Positions 48,750 to 60,801 of a stretch of DNA of 64,000 bases are shown here, one piece after another (position 1 is the stretch's first letter; each line of letters opens with the position of its first letter). The notes beneath the pieces are model-generated. The model was given only the letters and a program-made list of their open reading frames with translations, was not told where the DNA came from and made no database searches. A program made the position numbers and the translations under genes. Source of the DNA: Candidatus Omnitrophota bacterium (lineage in GTDB: Bacteria; Omnitrophota; Gorgyraeia; Gygaellales; Profunditerraquicolaceae); assembly GCA_025453395.1 (NCBI GenBank), contig JALOQK010000005.1, forward strand, positions 12,684 to 76,683, in the 5' to 3' direction.

Positions 48750-49733
48750 ATGAAGAAACGTATTTTAAGCGGCATGCGCCCCACGGGTAAGCTGCACCTT
48801 GGGCATTTGGTGGGCGCGCTTGATAATTGGGTGAAGCTGCAGGAAGAGTATGAATGTTTTTTTATGGTCGCGGATTGGCATGCTTTAATGGGTGAATACG
48901 CCAGCCCTAAGACCATTATTGAATGCGGATATGACAATGTTTTGGATTGGTTGTGCGCAGGCATTGACCCGAAGAAATCAACGGTCTTTGTCCAATCACA
49001 GGTTCCTGCGCATTTAGAATTGTTTATGATCTTTTCTTGTATTACGCCTTTGGGATTATTGGAGCGCTGCCCAACGTATAAAGAGCAGTTAAGAGAAGTT
49101 ACTACCCGCGATTTAAATACCTATGGTTTCCTGGGCTATCCGGTATTGCAGGCGGCGGATATCCTTATTTACAAAGCCAATAAAGTCCCTGTTGGCGAGG
49201 ACCAGCTTGCGCATCTTGAGCTTACCCGTGAAATAGCGCGCAAATTCAATAACCTCTACAAAAAAGAAATCTTTCCCCAGCCGGACGCGATATTAACCCC
49301 TGTGCCAAGGCTTTTAGGCTTGGATAAAAGAAAAATGAGCAAAAGTTACAATAATACTATTAATCTTTCGGATTCTGTTGATGAAATCGCCAAAAAAGTA
49401 ACCTCCATGGTTACTGATCCAGGCCGGATCAAGATGTCTGATCCGGGGCATCCTAAGGTTTGTAATGTTTATGATTATTATTGCGTGTTTGCCCCTGATA
49501 AGAAAGAAGAAGCCTATAATTGGTGCACGGGCGCACAAAAGGGCTGCGTGCAATGCAAAAAAGAATTTGCCTGCGCTCTTATTGAGAAGCTTGGGGCCTT
49601 GCAGAAAAAAAGAAGAAAGCTTGAAGAGGATAAATCTTACGTGGCGGACATCTTAAAAGAGGGCACAGATAAGGCGCGCGAAATTACTTCAGAGGTTCTT
49701 AAAGAAGCGAAAAAAGCCATGGGGCTTGAATAG
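48750..49733 (+). CDS. trpS: Tryptophan--tRNA ligase
   Basis: SGMRPTG.LHLGH, YPVLQAADI, VPVGEDQ, KMSKS. Confidence 0.97.
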   Translation: MKKRILSGMRPTGKLHLGHLVGALDNWVKLQEEYECFFMVADWHALMGEYASPKTIIECGYDNVLDWLCAGIDPKKSTVFVQSQVPAHLELFMIFSCITPLGLLERCPTYKEQLREVTTRDLNTYGFLGYPVLQAADILIYKANKVPVGEDQLAHLELTREIARKFNNLYKKEIFPQPDAILTPVPRLLGLDKRKMSKSYNNTINLSDSVDEIAKKVTSMVTDPGRIKMSDPGHPKVCNVYDYYCVFAPDKKEEAYNWCTGAQKGCVQCKKEFACALIEKLGALQKKRRKLEEDKSYVADILKEGTDKAREITSEVLKEAKKAMGLE

Positions 49734-49734
49734 T

Positions 49735-50526
49735 ATGTCTTATAAAATAAAATTAGAGGTTTTTGAGGGGCCGCTTGACCTTCTTTTATATTTAGTAAAG
49801 AAGGATCACTTAAATATTTATGATATTCCCATTACTACTATTACCGAACAGTACATAAAATACATTGAATTGATGCAGTTGTTGGATTTGAATATCGCCG
49901 GAGAATTCCTGGTCATGGCAGCAACGTTAATGCAGATAAAATCCAAGATGCTTCTTCCTGCTGCGGAGCAGCCGCAGGAAGAAATTGAAGAAGACCCAAG
50001 AGCGGAATTAGTCAGAAGGCTTCTTGAGTATGAGAAATTCAAGCAGGTTGCCGAGGACCTAAAGAAAAAAGAGCTTGCCCAGCAGGAGATCTTTAAAAGA
50101 GAAAAGCCGGTTGTTATTGACAGCCTTGTCCCGGGAGTCCCGGAAGAGGCTTATTTTGAGGCAAGTATATTTGACCTAATTAACGCCTTTTCTAAGGCCT
50201 TGTCCGAGATACCTAAGGATGTGTTCTATGAAGTCATAAAAGATGAATTTACTATTGAGAATAAAGTGCATAATTTAATGCATCTGTTGTTAGTCAAAGA
50301 TCAGGTATCCGCGTCAGATCTTTTTCGGGAATCCAAAAATAAATTTGAAGTCATTGTCACATTCTTGGCAATTCTGGAATTGATCCGCATGAAAGAAATT
50401 ATCGCGCAACAGACCCAAGCCTTTGATGAAATAATGATCTGCCGCAATAAAAATAACATTACTCCTTGTCCAAGAGGAATTGATGCTGAAGAATCTGAAC
50501 AACCTGAACAGCCAAAAACAGAATGA
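49735..50526 (+). CDS. scpA: Segregation/condensation protein A
   Basis: FEGPLDLLL, EFLVMAATL..IKSKMLLP, TFLAILEL. Confidence 0.95.
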   Translation: MSYKIKLEVFEGPLDLLLYLVKKDHLNIYDIPITTITEQYIKYIELMQLLDLNIAGEFLVMAATLMQIKSKMLLPAAEQPQEEIEEDPRAELVRRLLEYEKFKQVAEDLKKKELAQQEIFKREKPVVIDSLVPGVPEEAYFEASIFDLINAFSKALSEIPKDVFYEVIKDEFTIENKVHNLMHLLLVKDQVSASDLFRESKNKFEVIVTFLAILELIRMKEIIAQQTQAFDEIMICRNKNNITPCPRGIDAEESEQPEQPKTE

Positions 50527-51599
50527 AACAGGAAACTAGAAAAAAGCTTATCAAGGCAGGCGTTGATTTTCCCGTTCCGGAACTTTTAAGCCCTGCTCAT
50601 GACACTGAAGAAGATATAGTATTAAATATTTCTTTGCGGCCAAGTAAGCTTTCTGAATTTATCGGGCAAAAACAGATTGTAGATAATATAAAGATCTGTT
50701 TGACTGCCGCCAAGCAAAGAAAAGAGCCCTTAGAGCATGTTCTTTTATCCGGGCCTCCGGGTTTAGGCAAGACTTCCCTGGCGCATATTATCGCCCATGA
50801 AATGGGCACTAAGATTACTGCTACTTCCGGCCCGGCCATTGAGCGCGCCGGAGACTTAATCGGGATTCTTACTAACCTTGAAAAGGGTGATATCCTTTTT
50901 ATAGACGAGATACACCGTCTTTCCAAGGTAGTTGAAGAATTCTTGTATCCGGCAATGGAGAATTTCCAGATAGATTTTGTGGTGGATAAGGGGCAGTTTG
51001 CCCGCACTATTAAATTCAACTTGAAGCCTTTTACCTTAATTGGCGCCACCACAAGAAGCGGGCTTTTGGCGGCGCCTTTGCGCGGCAGGTTCGGGATCTT
51101 TCATCACCTGGATTTCTATAAGGATGAGGACCTTTCAAAGATCATCACGCATTCGGCAAAGCTTCTTAATATCGAAATAGCCTCTGACGCGGCATTAGAT
51201 ATTGCGCGGCGTGCCCGCGGCACCCCGCGTATCGCTAATAGGTTATTGCGCAGGGTCAGGGATTACGCGCAGGTACGTCAGGTCAAAGTTATAGATTCTC
51301 AAACCGCAAATTCCGTCTTAGATGAATTAAGGGTGGATAAAGCCGGGCTTGACGAGATTGACCGCAAGGTCTTGAAGATTATTATTGATGTGTACAATGG
51401 CGGGCCAGTGGGGGTAGATTCACTGGCAGCGACGATGAATGAAGAAACCGATACCATCGTTGATACTATTGAGCCGTTTCTTTTAAAAGCAGGTTACCTT
51501 AAGCGCACTTCCCGCGGCAGAATCGCCACAAAGCTTGCCTTTGAACATTTCGGGTTAAAATATAACAAAGAACAGCAGGAAGAGTTGTTTGAAAAGTAG
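50523..51599 (+). CDS. ruvB: Holliday junction helicase RuvB
   Basis: SLRP, GPPGLGKT, FIDEIHR, GATTR, RGTPRIANRLL. Confidence 0.97.
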   Translation: MKQETRKKLIKAGVDFPVPELLSPAHDTEEDIVLNISLRPSKLSEFIGQKQIVDNIKICLTAAKQRKEPLEHVLLSGPPGLGKTSLAHIIAHEMGTKITATSGPAIERAGDLIGILTNLEKGDILFIDEIHRLSKVVEEFLYPAMENFQIDFVVDKGQFARTIKFNLKPFTLIGATTRSGLLAAPLRGRFGIFHHLDFYKDEDLSKIITHSAKLLNIEIASDAALDIARRARGTPRIANRLLRRVRDYAQVRQVKVIDSQTANSVLDELRVDKAGLDEIDRKVLKIIIDVYNGGPVGVDSLAATMNEETDTIVDTIEPFLLKAGYLKRTSRGRIATKLAFEHFGLKYNKEQQEELFEK

Positions 51600-51606
51600 T
51601 TTTATT

Positions 51607-51834
51607 AATTTGTCGTATTTTTTCGCTCAGGTCGATTTTGCCCGCCGCAAGGAACTTCGGCGTGCCGTCAATGGTCTTTCGCATTTTAGGCGCCTGCGGA
51701 ACTCGCCCGTCGGCGCTACCGCGCCAGGACGGGCTCGGACATCCTCGGCGTCCGAATGCTTTCGCGTTCGGATTCCCTAAAATGCTCAAGCTGCATTGAC
51801 TAAAATCGACATTCGCTCAAAAACACGACAAATT
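51607..51834. other. Large nested inverted-repeat element (MITE-like or structured RNA)
   Basis: Four nested stems: 51607-22/51819-34, 51631-39/51802-10, 51667-73/51794-800 and 51681-90/51776-85, plus internal hairpins. Confidence 0.75.
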
Positions 51835-51919
51835 TATTTTTTGTCACTGATTTTCATAGTTTTTTGCTTATGCCGAAAGGAAAAACGCAAGAAATGATTC
51901 CTAAAAAAAAGGAGTAATA

Positions 51920-52519
51920 ATGGATAATAAAAGCCCTAAATTTCTGTTTCAATTGATTAGGTGTCCAAATGAAGCGCTAAGTTATATAATAGAACAAAAG
52001 CCAATAAGTTTAGCAGTTTTATTTCTTATTCTTTTTAGTATTTTAGCTTTACTCTTGCCGTTCGCAATATTATTTGCAACCTCGATAGTCAAGGGTATTA
52101 ATACCTTTGATTATAATGATTTTCTTAAGGTTGGCTATAAAGCGGATATTATTGCTTTAGCGAGTGTATTACTATTTATTATTCTTATTAATTCCATTAG
52201 CAAATTGATGTTTAATACTAAGAATAAGGCCAAGGAAATCTTTATTTGCGTGATTTCTATTTACTTCATTATGTATATAGCCATGTTTTTAGGGATAGTT
52301 ATATCTGGTTTGATAAGTTTACTGTTTACTAATTTAGCTAGTTTTCTTATTTTTTATTATTTATTTTACTTTAGCTTGATCATCTGGAGATCGGGATTAA
52401 CTATCTTGGCTATTACAAGGGTCTATGATTTAAAATTAAAGAATGCCTTATTTGTTTTCTTAGGTTCGGGCATTATAATGCAAGTGGCAGTATATTTTAT
52501 TAGAAGATTACAACATTGA
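51920..52519 (+). CDS. AT-rich multi-pass membrane protein, Yip1-like
   Basis: LIRCPNEAL N-terminal motif, about 5 hydrophobic helices, W..GL..LAI..VY.L; SD AGGAG. Confidence 0.65.
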   Translation: MDNKSPKFLFQLIRCPNEALSYIIEQKPISLAVLFLILFSILALLLPFAILFATSIVKGINTFDYNDFLKVGYKADIIALASVLLFIILINSISKLMFNTKNKAKEIFICVISIYFIMYIAMFLGIVISGLISLLFTNLASFLIFYYLFYFSLIIWRSGLTILAITRVYDLKLKNALFVFLGSGIIMQVAVYFIRRLQH

Positions 52520-52521
52520 AA

Positions 52522-53055
52522 ATGAAATTATTATTACACTCTTGTTGCGCGCCGTGTTCGATCTATCCTTTGGAGCAAATTAAGGCTGAAGGCTTGGAGG
52601 TGGAGGGGATTTTTTATAATCCCAATATCCACCCCCTTGATGAATACAATAAGAGGCGAAACGCCATGGTGGATTTTAGCGCTATAAAGAATCTGGTTGT
52701 TTCTTATCCGGAGTATCTTATTTCTGAATTCATGGCTCTTATCCAAGGCAAAGATAAGAAGCCAGAGAGGTGTTTTTTGTGCTGGAAGAAGCGCATGGAA
52801 AAGACCGCTAAAGAGGCCAAGGCCAAAGGGTTTGATTTTTTTACTACCACACTTCTTGTCAGCCCCTATCAGGACCATGACGCGCTTAGGCAAATCGGCA
52901 ACGATGTTGCAAAACAGGAAAATGTAAATTTTTATTATCAGGATTTCCGAAAAGGTTTTAGGCTCGCGCAAAACCAGGCCCGGGCAAGCGGTTTGTATCG
53001 GCAGAAATACTGCGGATGCCTTTATTCGCTGGAGGAAAGATGTTCAGAAGTTTAG
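52522..53055 (+). CDS. queH: Epoxyqueuosine reductase QueH
   Basis: LLHSCCAPCS, FYNPNIHP, RCFLC, TTLLVSP, YRQKYCGC. Confidence 0.95.
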   Translation: MKLLLHSCCAPCSIYPLEQIKAEGLEVEGIFYNPNIHPLDEYNKRRNAMVDFSAIKNLVVSYPEYLISEFMALIQGKDKKPERCFLCWKKRMEKTAKEAKAKGFDFFTTTLLVSPYQDHDALRQIGNDVAKQENVNFYYQDFRKGFRLAQNQARASGLYRQKYCGCLYSLEERCSEV

Positions 53056-54167
53056 CCATATTTATATCCATATTTATTTGTGCCGGGAATTTATTCGCGG
53101 CTACGAATCCTTATGTGCGGGTTCTTATTTTAAAAGACGCTCAATCCGTTCCTATTAAGATCAACGGGCACTATGAAGTTGTGGATAAAAAAACCGGCAG
53201 CATCCTTTCTCAAGGCGCATCCTTGAGCGGCCGGGCAGAATTATCCGGTGGCAATATCTTTATTGGCGAAATAAAGACGGATAGCAGGGCTTTGCTGATT
53301 AGGCCTGATCAGGAAGCTGTAGTTAAGGTGGGGCCTAAATCTTTCCGTGGAGAGATAGAGATAATAAGAAACAACAGCGGCGGCCTGTTAGTAGTTAATC
53401 ACTTGAACCTTGAGGATTATGTCAAGGGTATTTTATACCACGAGGTATCACATTACTGGCCGCAAGAGGCCTTAAAGGCGCAAGCTGTTGTCTGTAGAAG
53501 TTACGCCCTTTATCAGATATCCCAAAACACGCTGAAGGATTTTGATCTTACTTCTGATATCTACTCGCAAGTTTACGGAGGTAAGGGTTCTGAACGTTAT
53601 CGCACTAATCAGGCAGTTGACCAGACCAAAGGGGAAATTATCTTATCCGCGGGGAAAATCTTCCCGGCTTATTTTCACGCTGTCTGCGCCGGGCACACCG
53701 AGGATGCTTCTGTGCTCTGGAATACTAATGACCCGGCCTTAAGGGGGCGCGTTTGTTCTTTTTGTAAAGGTTCTCCGCATTTTTATTGGGATGCCTTAGT
53801 TTCAAAAGAAGAGCTTGTCAGTAAATTCCCAAGTTTAGGCGCAGTAAAAGATATTCAAGGGGTTGTTATCGCAAGCCGCACTAAATCCGGAAGAGTAAAA
53901 ACCCTTAAATTTATAATTTCTCCCAAAGATGTAATTGTACCGGCAAAAGATCTCCGTCAGGCGTTGGGCCCAAATCTTATCAGAAGCACTGATTTTAAGC
54001 TTAAGTTATCTGATAAAGGTATTTTATTTCAAGGTTCTGGTTGGGGCCATGGAGTAGGGATGTGTCAGTGGGGCGCGTATTTTATGGCTAAACAGGGTTA
54101 TAAGTATAATGAGATCTTAAGATATTATTATCCGGGCGTAGAAATTAGTAACGCGGGTAAGTTATAA
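53040..54167 (+). CDS. SpoIID/LytB domain protein
   Basis: LEDYVKG, EALKAQAV, SQVYGG, GWGHGVGMCQWGA, ILRYYYPG; SD GGAGG before ATG 53040. Confidence 0.92.
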   Translation: MFRSLAIFISIFICAGNLFAATNPYVRVLILKDAQSVPIKINGHYEVVDKKTGSILSQGASLSGRAELSGGNIFIGEIKTDSRALLIRPDQEAVVKVGPKSFRGEIEIIRNNSGGLLVVNHLNLEDYVKGILYHEVSHYWPQEALKAQAVVCRSYALYQISQNTLKDFDLTSDIYSQVYGGKGSERYRTNQAVDQTKGEIILSAGKIFPAYFHAVCAGHTEDASVLWNTNDPALRGRVCSFCKGSPHFYWDALVSKEELVSKFPSLGAVKDIQGVVIASRTKSGRVKTLKFIISPKDVIVPAKDLRQALGPNLIRSTDFKLKLSDKGILFQGSGWGHGVGMCQWGAYFMAKQGYKYNEILRYYYPGVEISNAGKL

Positions 54168-54172
54168 TTAGA

Positions 54173-54242
54173 GTGAGATGTGGGATGTGAGTTATTCTTA
54201 TGTATTTAGCTGAAAGCTGATAGCTGACAGCTGAAAGCTGAC
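54173..54242. repeat. Adjacent solo arms of family C and family D before the queA ATG
   Basis: gtgagat gtgggat gtgagtt (54173-93); AGCTGAA AGCTGAT AGCTGAC AGCTGAA AGCTGAC (54208-42). Confidence 0.88.
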
Positions 54243-54244
54243 TT

Positions 54245-57126
<2,882 letters not shown>

Positions 57127-57134
<8 letters not shown>

Positions 57135-57471
57135 GATCAAACTTATTGAGCAAGAATATCTTAAGAAAGATATCCCGGATTTCAAGGTTGGCGATACAAT
57201 TAAAGTCTTAACTAAGATCCCGGAAGGCCCGGATAAGGTGCGTTTGCATCCTTTTGAGGGCGTAGTTATCGCCCGTCAGGGGACTGGTCTTAAGACTAGT
57301 TTCACCGTGCGTAAGGTTTCTTTTGGTGAAGGCATTGAACGCGCCTTTAATTTGCATTCTCCCAATATTGAGCGCATTGAGATGGTGCGTGGGGGAAAAG
57401 TTAAAAGGGCGAAATTATATTACTTGCGGGATAAAGTCGGTAAACGCGCTACAAAAATCGACGAAGCCTAA
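57127..57471 (+). CDS. rplS: 50S ribosomal protein L19
   Basis: [36 protein letters not shown]. Confidence 0.98.
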
Positions 57472-57478
57472 TAATTAG

Positions 57479-58105
57479 GTGTTTGATTACGAGAACCACT
57501 TTAAGATTAAAGGTTTTGATTTTGTCATCGGCGTGGATGAAGCCGGCCGCGGGCCATTAGCCGGGCCGGTAGTTGCCGCAGCAGTTCTTCTTAAAAACCA
57601 CCAATTTAAGAACCGGATAGATGATTCTAAAAAACTTACCCCCCAACAACGTGAAAATGCTTATCAAGAGATTGTCCAAAACTCTTTTTTTTCTCTTGGT
57701 TTGGTTGACCACCATGCAATTGACAGGATAAATATCCTTCAGGCAGCAAAGCTTGCCATGGAGCAGGCGGTTATTGGGGTACTTGATAAAGTAGGCGTTC
57801 TAGATAAAAAGAAAGTGCATGTTATTGTAGATGGTAACATGCCTTTATCTTTACCGGTTTCTACAAGCACTCTTGTTAAAGGCGACAGTCTCTGTAAAAG
57901 TATTGCCTGCGGCTCAATTTTAGCAAAAGTGGTGCGGGATAAGATAATGCATGCTTATGAAGATTCTTATCCGGGTTATGGTTTTGCCAAGCACAAGGGA
58001 TATGGCACGCTCTCACACAGAAACGCTTTGAAGAAACTAGGAGTTTGCTTGATCCATAGGAAGAGTTTCTTAAAAGGTGTAAATTTTAAAGATGTCAGGC
58101 CATAA
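57479..58105 (+). CDS. rnhB: Ribonuclease HII
   Basis: [32 protein letters not shown]; GTG start. Confidence 0.97.
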   Translation: MFDYENHFKIKGFDFVIGVDEAGRGPLAGPVVAAAVLLKNHQFKNRIDDSKKLTPQQRENAYQEIVQNSFFSLGLVDHHAIDRINILQAAKLAMEQAVIGVLDKVGVLDKKKVHVIVDGNMPLSLPVSTSTLVKGDSLCKSIACGSILAKVVRDKIMHAYEDSYPGYGFAKHKGYGTLSHRNALKKLGVCLIHRKSFLKGVNFKDVRP

Positions 58106-58472
58106 TGTCAAGCTTGGCAAAGAATCCGAGCAGGAGGCGGTAAAGTACCTTAAGAAACACGGATATAAGATTATTCAGGAAAATTACCGTTGTAGTTTTG
58201 GCCAAATAGATATTATCGCGCAATGCAAAGGGACAATTTGCTTTGTGGAAGTAAAGTCCCGCACCAGTACTGATTTTGGGACAGCAAGCGAGGCTGTAAC
58301 CCAAGATAAACAGCGCAGGCTTACCAAGACCGCAGTTTATTTCTTAAAAGAGAAAGATTTATTGGATAAGAGTGCCCGTTTTGATGTAGTGTGCATAGAT
58401 AAAGAAGGCGGCAAAAACGTGATAGATGTAATTACGGATGCCTTTGAAATGGACGGCAGATTTTCTTACTAG
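58092..58472 (+). CDS. YraN (UPF0102) family nuclease-like protein
   Basis: G..SE..A..YL, NYRC..GQIDII, FVEVKSR, RFDV; follows rnhB. Confidence 0.93.
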   Translation: MSGHNVKLGKESEQEAVKYLKKHGYKIIQENYRCSFGQIDIIAQCKGTICFVEVKSRTSTDFGTASEAVTQDKQRRLTKTAVYFLKEKDLLDKSARFDVVCIDKEGGKNVIDVITDAFEMDGRFSY

Positions 58473-58484
58473 AAGGAAAAGAAT

Positions 58485-59045
58485 ATGTATAAAGACGCTT
58501 CGCTTGTGAAATATCTTGATGATTTATCAGCCAAGCTTCCTGCTCCGGGGGGCGGTTCTGCGGCAGCCATGAACGCAGCACTGGGCGCAAGCCTAATTAG
58601 TATGGTAATTAATTTTACCTTAGGCAAGCCAAAATACGCTAAATACGAATCTGAATTAAAGAAAATATTTGCGCATTCGGAGAAGGCAAGGCAAGAATTT
58701 CTGCGCTTGGTGGATCTGGATGTAATTGCCTATAGCAGTAAGAATCTGCGCGACTCGCTTAATGTGCCGTTTATGTTGTCGCGTCTTTGTTGCGAGTTGA
58801 TCAAAGTCTGCCCCGTGCTTGTTAAGAAATCAAATCAGAATTTAATAAGTGACGTGGCAGTTGCCGCAATTATGCTTGAGTCAGGTTTTATGTCAGCTTG
58901 TTTTAATGTAGAAATAAATTTGAGGTTCTTAAGTGATAAGAAATTAGTAAACTCTATCAGGAAGGAACTTGCGCGCAATAAGAAAATCGTCCAGAAAATA
59001 AGGCTTAAGACGGAGGAGCAAATTGGCAAAATTATTAGAGGGTAA
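58485..59045 (+). CDS. fchA: Cyclodeaminase/cyclohydrolase family protein (FchA-like)
   Basis: PAPGGGSAAA, LVDLD..AY, NLISD, NVEINL; overlaps folD. Confidence 0.85.
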   Translation: MYKDASLVKYLDDLSAKLPAPGGGSAAAMNAALGASLISMVINFTLGKPKYAKYESELKKIFAHSEKARQEFLRLVDLDVIAYSSKNLRDSLNVPFMLSRLCCELIKVCPVLVKKSNQNLISDVAVAAIMLESGFMSACFNVEINLRFLSDKKLVNSIRKELARNKKIVQKIRLKTEEQIGKIIRG

Positions 59046-59853
59046 GCCACTAGCGGAGAAGATCAAAGAAGAAATTAAGCTTCAGGTTGGATCAATGAGT
59101 GTCAAGCCGGTGTTGGCTAGCGTCTTAGTGGGCGAGAATCCCGGGGCAGAGGCTTATGTTAAGTCACAGGAAAAGGCGGCACAGAATTTGGGCATTGTTT
59201 ATCAGTTCCAGAAATTGCCTGCGGATACACAAGAAGCCGCTTTAATCGAATTTATCCAAAAATTAAATAGCGATAAAAAGGTAAATGGCATTATTATTCA
59301 GATGCCGCTACCCGCGCATATAGATTACAAGAAAATATCTGGTTTTATTGATCCCTCTAAAGATGTTGAGGGTATGCACCCGGCAAATATCGGAAAGATT
59401 TTGTTTGGCAAAGCAAAGATTGTCCCTTGTACTGCGGCAAGCTGTATGGAATTATTAAATTCTACTGGTGTGGACTTATACGGCAAGGAAGTTGTGATTG
59501 TAGGGCATAGTGAGATTGTAGGGAAGCCATTAACGCTATTGTTACTTGAGAAGTTTGCTACGGTTACAGTATGTCATATCGGAACAAGTAAGGCGGGAAA
59601 GTTAGAAGAGCATGTGAAAAAAGCGGAAATCCTGATTGTGGCAGTGGGCAAAGCAGGATTGATCAAGGGTGAGTGGGTTAAAGATGGCGCAATTGTAATT
59701 GATGTGGGGATAAATAGAATTGAAGGTAAGATTGTGGGCGATGTGGAGTTTGAGGCAGCTGAAAAGAAAGCCTCTTGGATTACTCCGGTCCCCGGTGGAG
59801 TTGGGCCATTGACAGTAACCATGCTCATGCGCAACCTCGTCAATACATCGTAG
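59023..59853 (+). CDS. folD: Methylene-THF dehydrogenase/cyclohydrolase
   Basis: YVKSQ, QMPLP, KDVEG, PCT, IVGKP, IDVGIN, TPVPGGVGP; TTG start. Confidence 0.96.
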   Translation: MAKLLEGKPLAEKIKEEIKLQVGSMSVKPVLASVLVGENPGAEAYVKSQEKAAQNLGIVYQFQKLPADTQEAALIEFIQKLNSDKKVNGIIIQMPLPAHIDYKKISGFIDPSKDVEGMHPANIGKILFGKAKIVPCTAASCMELLNSTGVDLYGKEVVIVGHSEIVGKPLTLLLLEKFATVTVCHIGTSKAGKLEEHVKKAEILIVAVGKAGLIKGEWVKDGAIVIDVGINRIEGKIVGDVEFEAAEKKASWITPVPGGVGPLTVTMLMRNLVNTS

Positions 59854-59934
59854 ACGCTTTAGCTAAGCGTATGCTGCACAGTAGTTTATGAAACAAATCC
59901 GGGTAAGACTTCTACAGCAAGAGTGATATTATAG

Positions 59935-60264
59935 ATGAAGACAATAGTTCTTTTGACAATTTCTAATATTTTTATGACTTTTGCCTGGTATGGGCATTTG
60001 AAATATAAGCAATCGCCACTTTGGATTGTGATTTTGGTTAGTTGGGGCATTGCATTTGTGGAGTATTGCTTTCAGGTGCCGGCAAACCGGATTGGTTCGT
60101 ATCAATTCTCGACCGCCCAGCTAAAGACGATACAGGAAATTATTACTTTGGTAGTTTTTGCAGTCTTTTCAATTCTGTATCTTAAGGAAGATTTTAAATG
60201 GAACTACTTGGTAGGGTTTTTATTTATTATCTTGGCAGTAGTGTTCATATTTAAGAAATGGTAA
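59935..60264 (+). CDS. Small DMT-family membrane protein (DMT_6-like)
   Basis: SNIFMTFAWYGHLK, SWGIAFVEYCFQVPANRIG, QLKTIQE. Confidence 0.9.
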   Translation: MKTIVLLTISNIFMTFAWYGHLKYKQSPLWIVILVSWGIAFVEYCFQVPANRIGSYQFSTAQLKTIQEIITLVVFAVFSILYLKEDFKWNYLVGFLFIILAVVFIFKKW

Positions 60265-60266
60265 TG

Positions 60267-60311
60267 GCACCTTTGCCTATTTGAAGGCAAAGTGCGCCGC
60301 CTTCTGCGGCT
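60267..60311. repeat. Two-hairpin module related to 45101-45148
   Basis: GCAC-C-TTTGCC..GGCAAA-GTGC followed by GCCGC-CTTCT-GCGGC. Confidence 0.7.
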
Positions 60312-60374
60312 AATTACGCGGTAGGGTTCTTTTTAATAATCTTAGCGGTGGTGGTGATATTTAAGAAGTGGTAG
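60312..60374 (+). pseudogene. Diverged duplicate of the DMT gene 3' end (copy 2)
   Basis: Encodes NYAVGFFLIILAVVVIFKKW*, versus NYLVGFLFIILAVVFIFKKW* in the gene. Confidence 0.88.
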
Positions 60375-60382
60375 TAGTGTTC

Positions 60383-60597
60383 TTTGATTTTTTGCGTATG
60401 CCTTGTCTATAGTTTCTCGGGAGCGCTCGTTTTGACCCAGCGTGGCAAAACTTCGCTCGGGTCGGCTGCGTCGCTCTTGTGCATCCGAGCCCTAGATAAA
60501 TCCGTTTTTATAATTTGGAGTCGGATGCACAAACCAAGCCCGCTCCTTGCCTCCACGTCCCTCGAAACCATAGCCAAGTCTTTTGCAAAAAATCAAA
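60383..60597. other. Second large nested inverted-repeat element
   Basis: Perfect 13-bp outer stem TTTGATTTTTTGC/GCAAAAAATCAAA, imperfect stem 60402-16/60564-78, perfect 12-bp TTGTGCATCCGA/TCGGATGCACAA, and a hairpin at about 60435-60464. Confidence 0.75.
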
Positions 60598-60705
60598 AGG
60601 GTTGAGGAGACGGATGGTTTTTGATGCGCGCTCCCAAACCCTGCGCAAAGGTGATAGATGTTTAATAGAGGGATAAAAAGAATTAGTGGTTTGCCTTTTG
60701 TGTTT

Positions 60706-60801
60706 TATCTTAAAGGGGAATCAATATGGCATTACGCTGTAGGGATTCTTTTTATTCTGTTGGCGCTATGGCATATATTTAAAAAGGAAAGATTAAAATG
60801 A
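60706..60801 (+). pseudogene. More diverged duplicate of the DMT gene 3' end (copy 3)
   Basis: Encodes YLKGESIWHYAVGILFILLALWHIFKKERLK*, versus YLKEDFKWNYLVGFLFIILAVVFIFKKW*; its stop overlaps the metF ATG. Confidence 0.75.

Noticed and set aside
51499-51789. Short ORFs 51499-51789 (-) and 51589-51780 (+)
   Set aside because: They span the GC-rich palindromic element, which explains the lack of stops; no RBS or protein features.
51855-51900. GCCGAAAGG...ACGCAAG as a c-di-GMP-I riboswitch
   Set aside because: It lacks the GGCAAAC stem and the second hairpin.
60211-60374. DMT 3' duplicate as a DGR VR/TR pair
   Set aside because: The differences are not confined to adenines (T/C and T/G changes occur), and there is no RT.
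60384-60605. 73-aa ORF
   Set aside because: It coincides with the nested inverted repeat, has a TTG start and shows no homology cues.
60419-60635. SAH or SAM riboswitch upstream of metF
   Set aside because: Only a GAGCGC/GCGCTC pairing resembles the SAH motif; the spacing is about 200 nt and other conserved elements are not evident.
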